From: a virus | DNA: 64,000 nt | Virus record (IMG/VR): IMGVR_UViG_3300031857_000047 | Location: 46,956-110,955 of that record | Reading direction: 5' to 3' (one strand) | Part shown: in pieces, positions 55,136 to 64,000 of the stretch | How positions within the stretch are numbered: position 1 is the first letter of the stretch | Layout: the number at the start of each line of letters is the position of its first letter | The notes under the pieces: model-generated | Told to the model about the DNA's origin: nothing | The model's database searches: none | What the model saw: the letters and a program-made list of their open reading frames with translations, nothing else | Translations under genes and position numbers: made by a program

Positions 55136-57686
55136 TATGCCTGATTTTAGGAATATAGGACAGGCAATCGGTCAAGCTACTAGTGCAATATCTCAAATTG
55201 CATCAACATCTAATCTAGCCATTGGCACTGTTAAGAATATCACTAAGTCTATCAGCGACTCGGCAGCTACATTTAATGTGTCTAAAATTGCTGACGTAGT
55301 TTCTAATCCTGGATTAACTCCTTTATTAAAAGCATTTGGAGCAATTAAACCTCCAGCAGGCGGCCCGCCATATGATAATGTGCTAGAACAATTTGCATCG
55401 TATACTCCTCTATGGACTTTGTGCTGCTTAACACCAAATCAATTTAATGATCCTAGAACCTACAGGGGTTCTCCTGCCGCACTACAGAATATTGTAATTT
55501 CGTCTGGTGGACGACAGGATAAACAACGAGTAAACACAGCCTACGGAGCTCCGGAGTATTATATTGACAATGTCACAATGGCTACGTCTCTTGGCGGTAC
55601 TGCTAATGCTGGAAATACCAACGTCACTGGATTTAAGTTTGAAGTATTCGAACCTTATTCACTAGGTTTATTCCTACAAAGTCTACAAGCGGCAGCTATA
55701 AATGCAGGATACCCTACCTATCTAAATGATTGTCCATACCTTCTTAAACTTGAAATAAAGGGATCTAAAGATGACGGGTCTATGTATGCAGGAAAAGATG
55801 AATTAACAAAATATTTTACAATTAAGATTACTAAGATTGAATTTAAAGTTGACGAAGCAGGCAGCAGATACAACGTAGAAGCTTCTCCCATGCACCATAC
55901 TGGATTTAGTGATCTTGTTAATGTGTTTCCTAATGACATGAATGCTACAGGCATGACAGTTAGCGAGGTGTTGATTTCTGGACCTCAGAGTATATGCAGT
56001 GAACTTAATAAAATACAATTACAAAGAGTAGCAGATGGGCAGGCAATTTATCCAGACCTTTACGAGGTAGTATTTCCTTTTAACGAAAGTGATAAGGTTG
56101 GCTTAGATGGCGGAACTTCTACCGAAGTGTTAAAAGCCATGGCCGACCCTAAGGCTCAAAAAACTCAAAAGATTGACACTGCTAGACGAGAATCACAAGC
56201 CGAATCGTTTGGATTTGGAGCCATCGGAAAAGCCAGTATGGGATTTTCAGAAACATCTGGCGGTAATTATAATTTTAAATTGGCAGGGGATGTAGTTGAC
56301 GAGCAGGGAAATATAGTAAGAGACAACATGACTATTGATCCTAAACAGAGAGCTGTAAATTTTCCTCAAGGTACAAAAATTACAGAAGCCATTGTTCGAG
56401 TGCTACTTTCTTCGGAGTATTGTGTTAAAGCGGTTAAAGGAGAAAATATCAAAGACGGCGAAGTTGATTGGTTCAGAATTGATGTGCAAATTCAACTTTT
56501 AGATTTTGATTCTAAGCGTAATGTAAGAGCAAAAAAATACATCTATAGAGTTGTACCCTTCAAAGTCAGTGCAGCAGTGTTTTCAAATTCAACTAGTGCT
56601 ACTGCTGGTGAAGCAAAATTACAACAAATCATAGCTAAACGCTATGACTATTTGTATACAGGCCAGAACAACAATATTTTAAAATTTGATTTACAATTTA
56701 ATGGACAGTTTTTCACAGCTATTTCTCCAACACCTTTACAAAATAATGATAAAATTGCCAACAAGGATCAACAGAATACCAATGATGAAAAAACTTCTAA
56801 GGCAGAAATAAAAGAAGGCGATGCTCCTACTAGTGCGACTTCTGTAAATGGCTCAGCACCAGTGAAGCCGCATCCGTTGTTATCGTTTGCTTCAGCTACT
56901 GGAGAGAAGACAGTTGAGCAAATGGTAGCCGATAACTTTAACCAATCGTTTACTAGATCTATGGATATGATAGATGTAAAAATGGATATATTGGGTGATC
57001 TTTACTTTTTATCGGACAGCGGAATTAACTCGAATTATCTTGCAGAATATGGACCTAACAGTCAAATAAAAGCAGACGGTGCAATGAATTGGGAAGGCAG
57101 TGAAATTTTTATCTATATTACATGGCGTAATCCAGTTGAGCCCAACTTAGGAACTACCGGAAAAGGCGGCCTATACAATTTTCCCAACAGCGGCAAACCT
57201 ACACCGTTTAGTGGTATCTATAAAGTGAAATCCGTAGAGAATAAATTCTCAGGAGGGGTATTTACACAAACATTAGACTTAGCCCGTCAACCTTTTCAGT
57301 CTATTGATTATGAAGGTCAAGTTAAGATTGCTGGAGAAAACAGTGTTATGTACGATACAACAAAAGAAGAGAAACCTAAAACTAGTGTGTTTGATAATGC
57401 AGCTGATCAAGAAGATGCAGACCTAGGAGCAGCTATGAGAGCAAATGCCGCCGGCGGTAATTCAACAAGTGCAGCAACAGGTGTAGGCATTCCCGGAGAA
57501 GAAGCTGCCGCTGCCGGAACAGGAAGAACTATTAACATTGACCTTAGAGCCGAGCAACAAGAAGCTAGAGTATCAGCTTATCTACAGGCACGTGCCTCTG
57601 GTCAAAGCGAAGAACAAGCACAAAACATATCAGCAACTGTTGGTAATAATGTAGGTGCGGCAGCATTAGCCCGCATTAAAATATAA
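55125..57686 (+). CDS. Baseplate hub protein (gp27-like; start probably ATG 55137)
   Basis: Between gp53 and gp5. ILGD, FSGIYKVKSVENKFSGGVFTQTLDLAR hub C-terminal motif. Confidence 0.65.
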   Translation: MEFNMPDFRNIGQAIGQATSAISQIASTSNLAIGTVKNITKSISDSAATFNVSKIADVVSNPGLTPLLKAFGAIKPPAGGPPYDNVLEQFASYTPLWTLCCLTPNQFNDPRTYRGSPAALQNIVISSGGRQDKQRVNTAYGAPEYYIDNVTMATSLGGTANAGNTNVTGFKFEVFEPYSLGLFLQSLQAAAINAGYPTYLNDCPYLLKLEIKGSKDDGSMYAGKDELTKYFTIKITKIEFKVDEAGSRYNVEASPMHHTGFSDLVNVFPNDMNATGMTVSEVLISGPQSICSELNKIQLQRVADGQAIYPDLYEVVFPFNESDKVGLDGGTSTEVLKAMADPKAQKTQKIDTARRESQAESFGFGAIGKASMGFSETSGGNYNFKLAGDVVDEQGNIVRDNMTIDPKQRAVNFPQGTKITEAIVRVLLSSEYCVKAVKGENIKDGEVDWFRIDVQIQLLDFDSKRNVRAKKYIYRVVPFKVSAAVFSNSTSATAGEAKLQQIIAKRYDYLYTGQNNNILKFDLQFNGQFFTAISPTPLQNNDKIANKDQQNTNDEKTSKAEIKEGDAPTSATSVNGSAPVKPHPLLSFASATGEKTVEQMVADNFNQSFTRSMDMIDVKMDILGDLYFLSDSGINSNYLAEYGPNSQIKADGAMNWEGSEIFIYITWRNPVEPNLGTTGKGGLYNFPNSGKPTPFSGIYKVKSVENKFSGGVFTQTLDLARQPFQSIDYEGQVKIAGENSVMYDTTKEEKPKTSVFDNAADQEDADLGAAMRANAAGGNSTSAATGVGIPGEEAAAAGTGRTINIDLRAEQQEARVSAYLQARASGQSEEQAQNISATVGNNVGAAALARIKI

Positions 57687-57724
57687 TGACAAACATAAAA
57701 ACAAGTAGTTAACAAGGACATAAC

Positions 57725-59224
57725 ATGGCACAAGAAAAACGTTCACCAGAAAGGCCAGGAGGCAAAAAATTACCTGTTGGCATTTTGTTGGCTAAAGTTG
57801 TAAGCTACTTAGATCCATCGTTCATGTGCGGATTAGAAGTTACCTTGCTTAGAGAAAACGGAAATGACATTGGAGACACTGGACAATCATATCCGGTAAA
57901 GTACGCTAGCCCTTTTTATGGTATTACTGCCTATGAAAACATGGGTCTTAATTTAACTGATTTTCACGATACTCAACAGGCCTATGGCATGTGGTTTCCT
58001 ACAGTGGAAATAGGAACTACAGTTTTAGTGGCTTTTATCAATGGTGAAGTATCAGAAGGATACTTTATAGGATGTATTCCTAGTAGATTTATGAATCAAA
58101 TGATGCCGGCAATTAGCGGAGCATCTGAGTTTGCAGCAACGCCTGAACAAAAAAAGAAATACGATACAACACAACCGTTACCTGTAGCGGAAATGAACAG
58201 GAAAGCAAACACGCTTGAAAAAGGCACCAATACTGAAAAAATTAAAAAAGCCATACATCCTATTGCTGATAGATTTCTTAAACAGGGCCTCTTAGAAGAT
58301 GATGTCCGCGGAGTTACTACTTCTAGTAGTAGACGTATGATTCCTAATTCAGTGTTTGGTATCAGCACCCCCGGACCGTTTGACCGCAGCACAAATGCTA
58401 AGAAACAATTTATTGGTAGCTCTCAAAGCAAAAGTCCTGTGCAATTACCTGCAAGTAGACTAGGTGGGACTACCCTAGTAATGGATGACGGCGACGATCG
58501 ATATATTAGAAAAACGCCTGCAGGCGAAGGCCCTGTGTCATATGCTGATGTTAGCAAGAAAGAAAAAGGCAACGTCGATATTCCTTACAACGAATATGTT
58601 AGAATACGAACACGTACTGGACATCAACTGTTGATGCACAATAGTGAAGATTTGATCTACATTGGAAATTCTAAAGGTACTACATGGATAGAATTAACCA
58701 GCAACGGTAAAATTGACATCTATGCCGAAGACAGCATCTCCATCCATACTGAAAACGATTTAAATTTTAGAGCCGACAGAGACATTAATTTTGAAGCAGG
58801 TAGAAATGTTAACATAAAAGCTGCCGGTGGAAAAATGCAATTAGAATCAGTTGGAAGCGTGAATATAATTGCTGCCGCTGACGGTAAAATTACTGTAGGA
58901 GCTGGATTTGATCTAGTGTCCGGATCGGGTACCAAGTTATCTTCAGGCGGAGCAACTAACATTAAATCATCAGGTACCAATATTGACGGCGGTAATATTA
59001 ATTTAAATTCCGGACTAGCAGTAGCAGCAGCACCTGCCTCGCCACTGAAAACACACGTTAATCCTAAAACTAGTTCTAGCGGACAGTGGGGCAATAAAAA
59101 ACGATATCAAACAGGAACTGCAACAAGTATAATGAAACGGATACCAATGCACGAACCGTGGACATTGCATGAAAACCAAGCTCCAAAACAATTAACGCCA
59201 ACCAACACTGATAGGGAAACATAA
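57725..59224 (+). CDS. gp5: Baseplate central spike, gp5/VgrG-like (no lysozyme domain)
   Basis: OB-fold (GTTVLVAFING...YFIGCI), RIRTRTGHQLLM, and beta-helix repeats WIELTSNGKIDIYAEDSISIH. Confidence 0.8.
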   Translation: MAQEKRSPERPGGKKLPVGILLAKVVSYLDPSFMCGLEVTLLRENGNDIGDTGQSYPVKYASPFYGITAYENMGLNLTDFHDTQQAYGMWFPTVEIGTTVLVAFINGEVSEGYFIGCIPSRFMNQMMPAISGASEFAATPEQKKKYDTTQPLPVAEMNRKANTLEKGTNTEKIKKAIHPIADRFLKQGLLEDDVRGVTTSSSRRMIPNSVFGISTPGPFDRSTNAKKQFIGSSQSKSPVQLPASRLGGTTLVMDDGDDRYIRKTPAGEGPVSYADVSKKEKGNVDIPYNEYVRIRTRTGHQLLMHNSEDLIYIGNSKGTTWIELTSNGKIDIYAEDSISIHTENDLNFRADRDINFEAGRNVNIKAAGGKMQLESVGSVNIIAAADGKITVGAGFDLVSGSGTKLSSGGATNIKSSGTNIDGGNINLNSGLAVAAAPASPLKTHVNPKTSSSGQWGNKKRYQTGTATSIMKRIPMHEPWTLHENQAPKQLTPTNTDRET

Positions 59225-59226
59225 AA

Positions 59227-59664
59227 ATGGCAAAAATATATAATAAAAAATCAGTAGCGTCGATGACTGCTAGTGCTGGAAACGCCAATACTTCTGCATT
59301 TACCTATAAAGGATTTAGTTCTCAAGAATCAAAATCATCTTTTAAACTCAACGATATTGCTTTAGTAAAACAGGACATTATCAATCATTTTTATATTCGT
59401 AAAGGTGAGAAATTAATGAATCCAGACTTTGGAACAGTTATTTGGGATTTGTTATTTGAACAATTCACAGAAGAAGTAAAAAAATTAATTACAGAAGATG
59501 TTGAACAAATTATTAACTACGATCCTAGGATTGCTATCAACGGAGTGTTAATTGACAGCACTGATATGGGAATTAGAATAGAAGCAGATATAACATATAT
59601 TCCTTTTAACATCAACGAACGCATGTCCTTTAACTTCGATAGAGAAAATAAACTTATAAACTGA
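59227..59664 (+). CDS. gp25: Baseplate wedge subunit
   Basis: KGEKLMNPDFGTVIWDLLFE, YDPRI. Confidence 0.9.
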   Translation: MAKIYNKKSVASMTASAGNANTSAFTYKGFSSQESKSSFKLNDIALVKQDIINHFYIRKGEKLMNPDFGTVIWDLLFEQFTEEVKKLITEDVEQIINYDPRIAINGVLIDSTDMGIRIEADITYIPFNINERMSFNFDRENKLIN

Positions 59665-59680
59665 CCACTTTATTTTTTAG

Positions 59681-59687
59681 TTAAATA
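59681..59687 (+). promoter_or_regulatory. Late promoter TTAAATA
   Basis: Upstream of 59707. Confidence 0.5.
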
Positions 59688-59706
59688 CACGATAGGATAG
59701 AAAAAT

Positions 59707-62700
59707 ATGACCACAACCTCTAGACAAAATAACTTAATCTTAAATGAAGATTGGACTAGAATCTATCAGACTTTCAAAAGTGCTGACTTCAAAAGCTACG
59801 ACTTTGAAAATCTTCGTAGAGTTATTATTGCCTATTTCCGTGAAAACTATCCTGAAGATTTTAACGACTACATTGAAAGTTCTGAATATCTAGCACTAAT
59901 TGATGCAATTGCATTTTTAGGACAAAGTCTTGCTTTTCGTATAGACCTAGCCAGTAGAGAAAACTTTATTGAATTAGCCGAACGCAAAGAAAGTGTTCTA
60001 CGTCTTGCAAAAATGCTTAGTTATAATGCCAAAAGAAATATCGCATCTAAAGGGTTATTGAAGTTTGATACTGTAAGCACTACCGAATCGGTTCTAGACA
60101 ACAACGGAAAAAATCTTGCTCAACAGACTATTGTGTGGAATGACCCTACTAATTCTAACTGGGCTGAACAATTTATCACTGTATTAAATGCATCAATGGC
60201 TGATAATACAGTGTTTGGTCGTAGTCAAGGCACATCTGTAATTGACGACATTGCTACAGACCAATATAGATTTAGAACAGCATCAACCGATGTGCCAATC
60301 TTTACATTTACAAAGATCGTTGCTGGAAGAAGTATGACGTTTGAATTAGTTAGTACAGGGTTCAAAGGCAAAGAAGAATTGTATGAAGAACCACCAGTAC
60401 CTGGTAATCAACTAGGATTTGTATATAGGAATGATGGAAAAGGCGGCACTAGTTCAAACACTGGATTTTTCTTAATGTTTAAACAAGGCAGTTTAGAACT
60501 TGCAGATTTTTCAATAGATGTACCTACAACTAACGAATTAATAGCCATCGATAGTAACAATATCAATAATGACGATATTTGGCTGTACTCATTAAACTCA
60601 TTAGGCGCACAGTTAAATGAATGGACTAAGGTATCGTCTTTGATAGGAAACAATATTTCTTATAACAGTATTGAATCCAACATTAGAAATATATATTCGG
60701 TAATCACTAAAGAAAATGACAGAGTTGACCTAGCATTCTCCGATGGTGTTTACGGAAATTTGCCCTCTGGTGCATTTAGAGTCTATTACAGGATTAGCAA
60801 TGGCCTAGTTTATCAAATTGCGCCTAGCGAAATGCGAGGAATTAGTATAGCTGTTCCTTATATTAATAAGTCTGGAGTAAGACATACACTAACAATAACT
60901 TTGAGTTTAAAATATACAGTGAGTTCGTCGTCGGCCTCAGAGTCAGTAGCATCAATTAGACAAAACGCACCAGCACAATATTACACACAAAATAGAATGA
61001 TTACCGGTGAAGATTATAATCTTGCACCACTTTCTTCCTCACAAAATATATTAAAAGTAAAAGCTATCAATCGAGTTTCAAGCGGAATAAGCAGAAACTT
61101 TGATCTAATTGATGCCAGCGGAAAATATTCAAATGTTAATGTTTTTGCTTCAGACGGCCTTATCTACAAAGATGAAATAGAAAGATCACTGGCCTTTAAG
61201 TATTCTAATAGAATCGATATTATTAATTTTATTAAAAATAGCATTGAACCAATTTTTACCGCAACAGATATCTATAATTTTTATCTAACTAAGTTTGATA
61301 AAATTTTGTTTACAGATATTAATTACAGATGGACTCAACTAACTACCGACGTTAATAGTTCTACAGGTTATTTTTACAATAGTATAGATTCTACAATTTT
61401 AAAAGTGGGAACATATACCACAAGTACATTAAAATATGCAAATTCTGAAGCATTGATTAAATTCACAGCCCCAGAAGGTAAATCTTTTAAAAGAGGCAAA
61501 CTAGTAGATACCAACGCCTCTGATCCAGAACAAACTAATTTATTATGGACTAAGATTATTAAAGTAGTTGGAGATGGTACTAATGCCGGTAGAGGTGTAT
61601 TGAGTACAGGATTAGGTCCAGTTCAGTTCAGTGATGTGATTCCTACAGGTGCAATTGCAACTAGAATTATTCCAAAATTTGTTTCAAATTTAACTGCGGG
61701 ATTAGAATTAGAAATGACAAATTTGTTATTTTCAAATTTAAATTTTGGATTAAGGTATTCTATAATTGAATCGTCATGGAAGTTAATTACCTCTGCCAAT
61801 TTAAATTTATTAGATAATTTTAATCTTGGTAAATCGGGAGACACGTCTAACAGCAGTTTAGATTCGTCTTGGATTATTGCATTCATTAAAGAAGCAGACG
61901 AATATTTTGTAAGAATTCGTGGACTTGATTATATATTTGGAAGCCTTGAAGAAAACAGATTTTATTTTGATTCAGCGCAAAAAACTTATGACAGTAAAAC
62001 AGGCAACGTAATAAAAGATCAAGTTAATGTGTTAAGTATAAATCCTGATAGTAATTTATTAGGTCCGTTAAAACAAGACATTATCTTTGAAATTAGTGAT
62101 ACGATAAAATACGATGACGGATACCAAAGTACCAACGAACTAAAAATAGCGTTTTCTGATACCGATGACGACGGAGTAATTGATAATCCTGAAGCATTTG
62201 AACAGATTGTGGGAACTGATCTAGCTCTCAATTATTTGTTTTTTAAACAATCTACAGATATTGCAGGAAATACAATAAAAGAATATGTAGATAACAGTGA
62301 TAATCATATTACTATTGTTCAGAAAGAAAGTCTAGTAAACGTTAACAATTATAATAACGGAGATTTAATATATTTTTATAACAGCGATGAAAATGTTATA
62401 AAGCGAGTAGATAGAACAACAAATACATTGATATTAGAAAGTACCTATCAAGCAAATATTGGTCGTGCCGGATTGAAATTTCAGTACGTACACAATGCCA
62501 ACGTTGATCGAAGAATTGATCCAAGTTCTAGTAATATTATAGATGTATACCTATTAACAAGAAGTTATAATACCGCTTTTAGAAATTATCTAGCAGGAGT
62601 TGGAACTGAACCCGAAGCACCAAATAGTGATAGTCTGAGAATAAGTTTTGGTTCTAATTTAGATTTGATAAAATCTATTAGTGACGAAATTATATATCAT

Positions 62701-63108
62701 CCTGTAACTTATAAAGTTCTTTTTGGGCCTACGGCAGACGTAAAGTTGCAGGCAAAATTTAAAGTGGTAAAAAATACCAACAGATTAATCAATGATAACG
62801 ATTTAAAAGTTAGGATTATTAATTCAATAAATGAATTTTTTGATATTAATAATTGGGATTTTGGAGATAAATTTTATGTTAGCGAACTGATAACTTATAT
62901 TGTTAATACTGTTTCTCCTAATATTAGTAATATTGCTATTCTTCCAAGACAGCTAACACAATCGTTTGGTAGTTTATTTGAGATACAAAGCAGAGTAGAT
63001 GAAATTTTTGTCAGCGGAGCAACAGTGGACGATATAGAAATCGTTTCCTCTCTTTCAGCATCCGAACTTAGAATTTCTTCTGATGAAATCATATCGAGTA
63101 CAAATTAA
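59707..63108 (+). CDS. gp6: Baseplate wedge protein
   Basis: YDFENLR, FNDYIESSE, ESVLRLAKMLSY, FSDGVYGNLP, ESVASIRQNAP...QNRMITGEDY. Confidence 0.88.
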   Translation: MTTTSRQNNLILNEDWTRIYQTFKSADFKSYDFENLRRVIIAYFRENYPEDFNDYIESSEYLALIDAIAFLGQSLAFRIDLASRENFIELAERKESVLRLAKMLSYNAKRNIASKGLLKFDTVSTTESVLDNNGKNLAQQTIVWNDPTNSNWAEQFITVLNASMADNTVFGRSQGTSVIDDIATDQYRFRTASTDVPIFTFTKIVAGRSMTFELVSTGFKGKEELYEEPPVPGNQLGFVYRNDGKGGTSSNTGFFLMFKQGSLELADFSIDVPTTNELIAIDSNNINNDDIWLYSLNSLGAQLNEWTKVSSLIGNNISYNSIESNIRNIYSVITKENDRVDLAFSDGVYGNLPSGAFRVYYRISNGLVYQIAPSEMRGISIAVPYINKSGVRHTLTITLSLKYTVSSSSASESVASIRQNAPAQYYTQNRMITGEDYNLAPLSSSQNILKVKAINRVSSGISRNFDLIDASGKYSNVNVFASDGLIYKDEIERSLAFKYSNRIDIINFIKNSIEPIFTATDIYNFYLTKFDKILFTDINYRWTQLTTDVNSSTGYFYNSIDSTILKVGTYTTSTLKYANSEALIKFTAPEGKSFKRGKLVDTNASDPEQTNLLWTKIIKVVGDGTNAGRGVLSTGLGPVQFSDVIPTGAIATRIIPKFVSNLTAGLELEMTNLLFSNLNFGLRYSIIESSWKLITSANLNLLDNFNLGKSGDTSNSSLDSSWIIAFIKEADEYFVRIRGLDYIFGSLEENRFYFDSAQKTYDSKTGNVIKDQVNVLSINPDSNLLGPLKQDIIFEISDTIKYDDGYQSTNELKIAFSDTDDDGVIDNPEAFEQIVGTDLALNYLFFKQSTDIAGNTIKEYVDNSDNHITIVQKESLVNVNNYNNGDLIYFYNSDENVIKRVDRTTNTLILESTYQANIGRAGLKFQYVHNANVDRRIDPSSSNIIDVYLLTRSYNTAFRNYLAGVGTEPEAPNSDSLRISFGSNLDLIKSISDEIIYHPVTYKVLFGPTADVKLQAKFKVVKNTNRLINDNDLKVRIINSINEFFDINNWDFGDKFYVSELITYIVNTVSPNISNIAILPRQLTQSFGSLFEIQSRVDEIFVSGATVDDIEIVSSLSASELRISSDEIISSTN

Positions 63109-63110
63109 AA

Positions 63111-64000
63111 ATGGCAGATAAATTTTTTCCAGATAGTCAACTTCCTATAAGAAAGACATTAGATCTCTTGCCTCAGATTTTTCAAACTGAAGCAAACTCA
63201 AAGTTTCTTGCAGGAGCTCTAGACCCGTTGGTTCAACCGGGTGTCTTAGAAAAGAAAGTAGGATACATTGGCAAAAGATACGGGAAAACGTACAAACCTA
63301 ATGAGATCTATCTAGACACAGATCAAACTTTGCGCAGTCGGTATCAATTAGAGCCCGGCGTTGTTGTAGAAACAGATGGCAAAATTAAAAATTTCTATGA
63401 TTATCTAGACTTTAAAAATCAATTAAAGTTTTTTAATAATAGTGAAGAGCGAGATGATCTAATTACAGCTCAGGAACATTATACTTGGTCACCGCCTATA
63501 GATTGGGATAAGTTTGTAAACTATAGAGAATACTATTGGGCACCAGACGGACCGCCCCCTATCAAGATTCTAGGCCAAGCTCAAAATATTACTAGCACCT
63601 ATCGAGTAGGTCTCGGTGTGGGCAGCGTTTATATCTTCACTCCTGACGGACTAACAAATAATCCAACCTTAACATTATATCGAGGACAAACATATAAGTT
63701 TCAGGTTAATGTTCCGGGAAATCCTTTATTATTTAGAACTACAATTGATACAGGCACATTACTTTACAATCCTGATTTTCAATATTCTAAAGGACAATTA
63801 GTTGTCTTTGATAGCAAATTATGGAAAGCAAAAAATAATATAACCGGCAACGACGGTAGTACCATTGATGAAAATACCGACGACTGGGAATTTGTTGATT
63901 TTACCGCTGTATCATCATCCGCATTAAATTATACAAAGGGTATAACAAATTCAGGAATTGAAAACGGAACCATCACTTTTGAAGTTCCGTTAAATGCTCC
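63111..64000 (+). CDS. Baseplate wedge initiator, gp7-like (truncated at the right edge; not in ORF track)
   Basis: ATG 63111 MADKFFPDSQLPIRKTLDLLPQIFQT...IDWDKFVNYREYYW...NPTLTLYRGQTYKF, open to the window end. Follows gp6. Confidence 0.7.
   Translation, partial: MADKFFPDSQLPIRKTLDLLPQIFQTEANSKFLAGALDPLVQPGVLEKKVGYIGKRYGKTYKPNEIYLDTDQTLRSRYQLEPGVVVETDGKIKNFYDYLDFKNQLKFFNNSEERDDLITAQEHYTWSPPIDWDKFVNYREYYWAPDGPPPIKILGQAQNITSTYRVGLGVGSVYIFTPDGLTNNPTLTLYRGQTYKFQVNVPGNPLLFRTTIDTGTLLYNPDFQYSKGQLVVFDSKLWKAKNNITGNDGSTIDENTDDWEFVDFTAVSSSALNYTKGITNSGIENGTITFEVPLNA

Noticed and set aside
1-64000. Stop-codon recoding as seen in some large phages
   Set aside because: Core genes translate full-length in the standard code and coding density is high.

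Overview
This window is an AT-rich segment of a large T4-like (myovirus-type) phage genome, almost entirely the virion morphogenesis region. From the left, on the minus strand, it holds: a >1770-aa structural/fibre gene truncated at the window edge; a carbamoyltransferase + two SGNH-like paralogues + GT9-like glycosyltransferase cassette; three Cys/Gly-rich tip-like proteins with two tail-fibre-chaperone-like partners; two giant paralogous fibre proteins (2776 and 1815 aa); several small structural genes; the head module (gp23, gp22, gp21, acidic core protein, a Maf/CstII-like glycosyltransferase, portal gp20); and a tape measure with a C-terminal muramidase-like domain. Next come a plus-strand tail-chaperone gene with a clear -1 frameshift signal, two probable internal head proteins, a ~490-nt highly structured non-coding tract directly behind a minimal GIY-YIG nuclease, gp46/gp47/gp55, and the plus-strand baseplate operon (gp53, hub, gp5, gp25, gp6, gp7-like truncated). 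Late promoters follow (A/C/T)TAAATA. The best candidates for new biology are: (1) the GIY-YIG nuclease paired with a large structured RNA; (2) phycobiliprotein-like C-x-R-D repeats in the giant fibres; (3) a putative virion-protein glycosylation system with recurring D(D/G)ST sites; (4) a G/GT-type programmed frameshift in the gp26/gp51-like locus. All family assignments come from motif recognition by eye; no database search was run.
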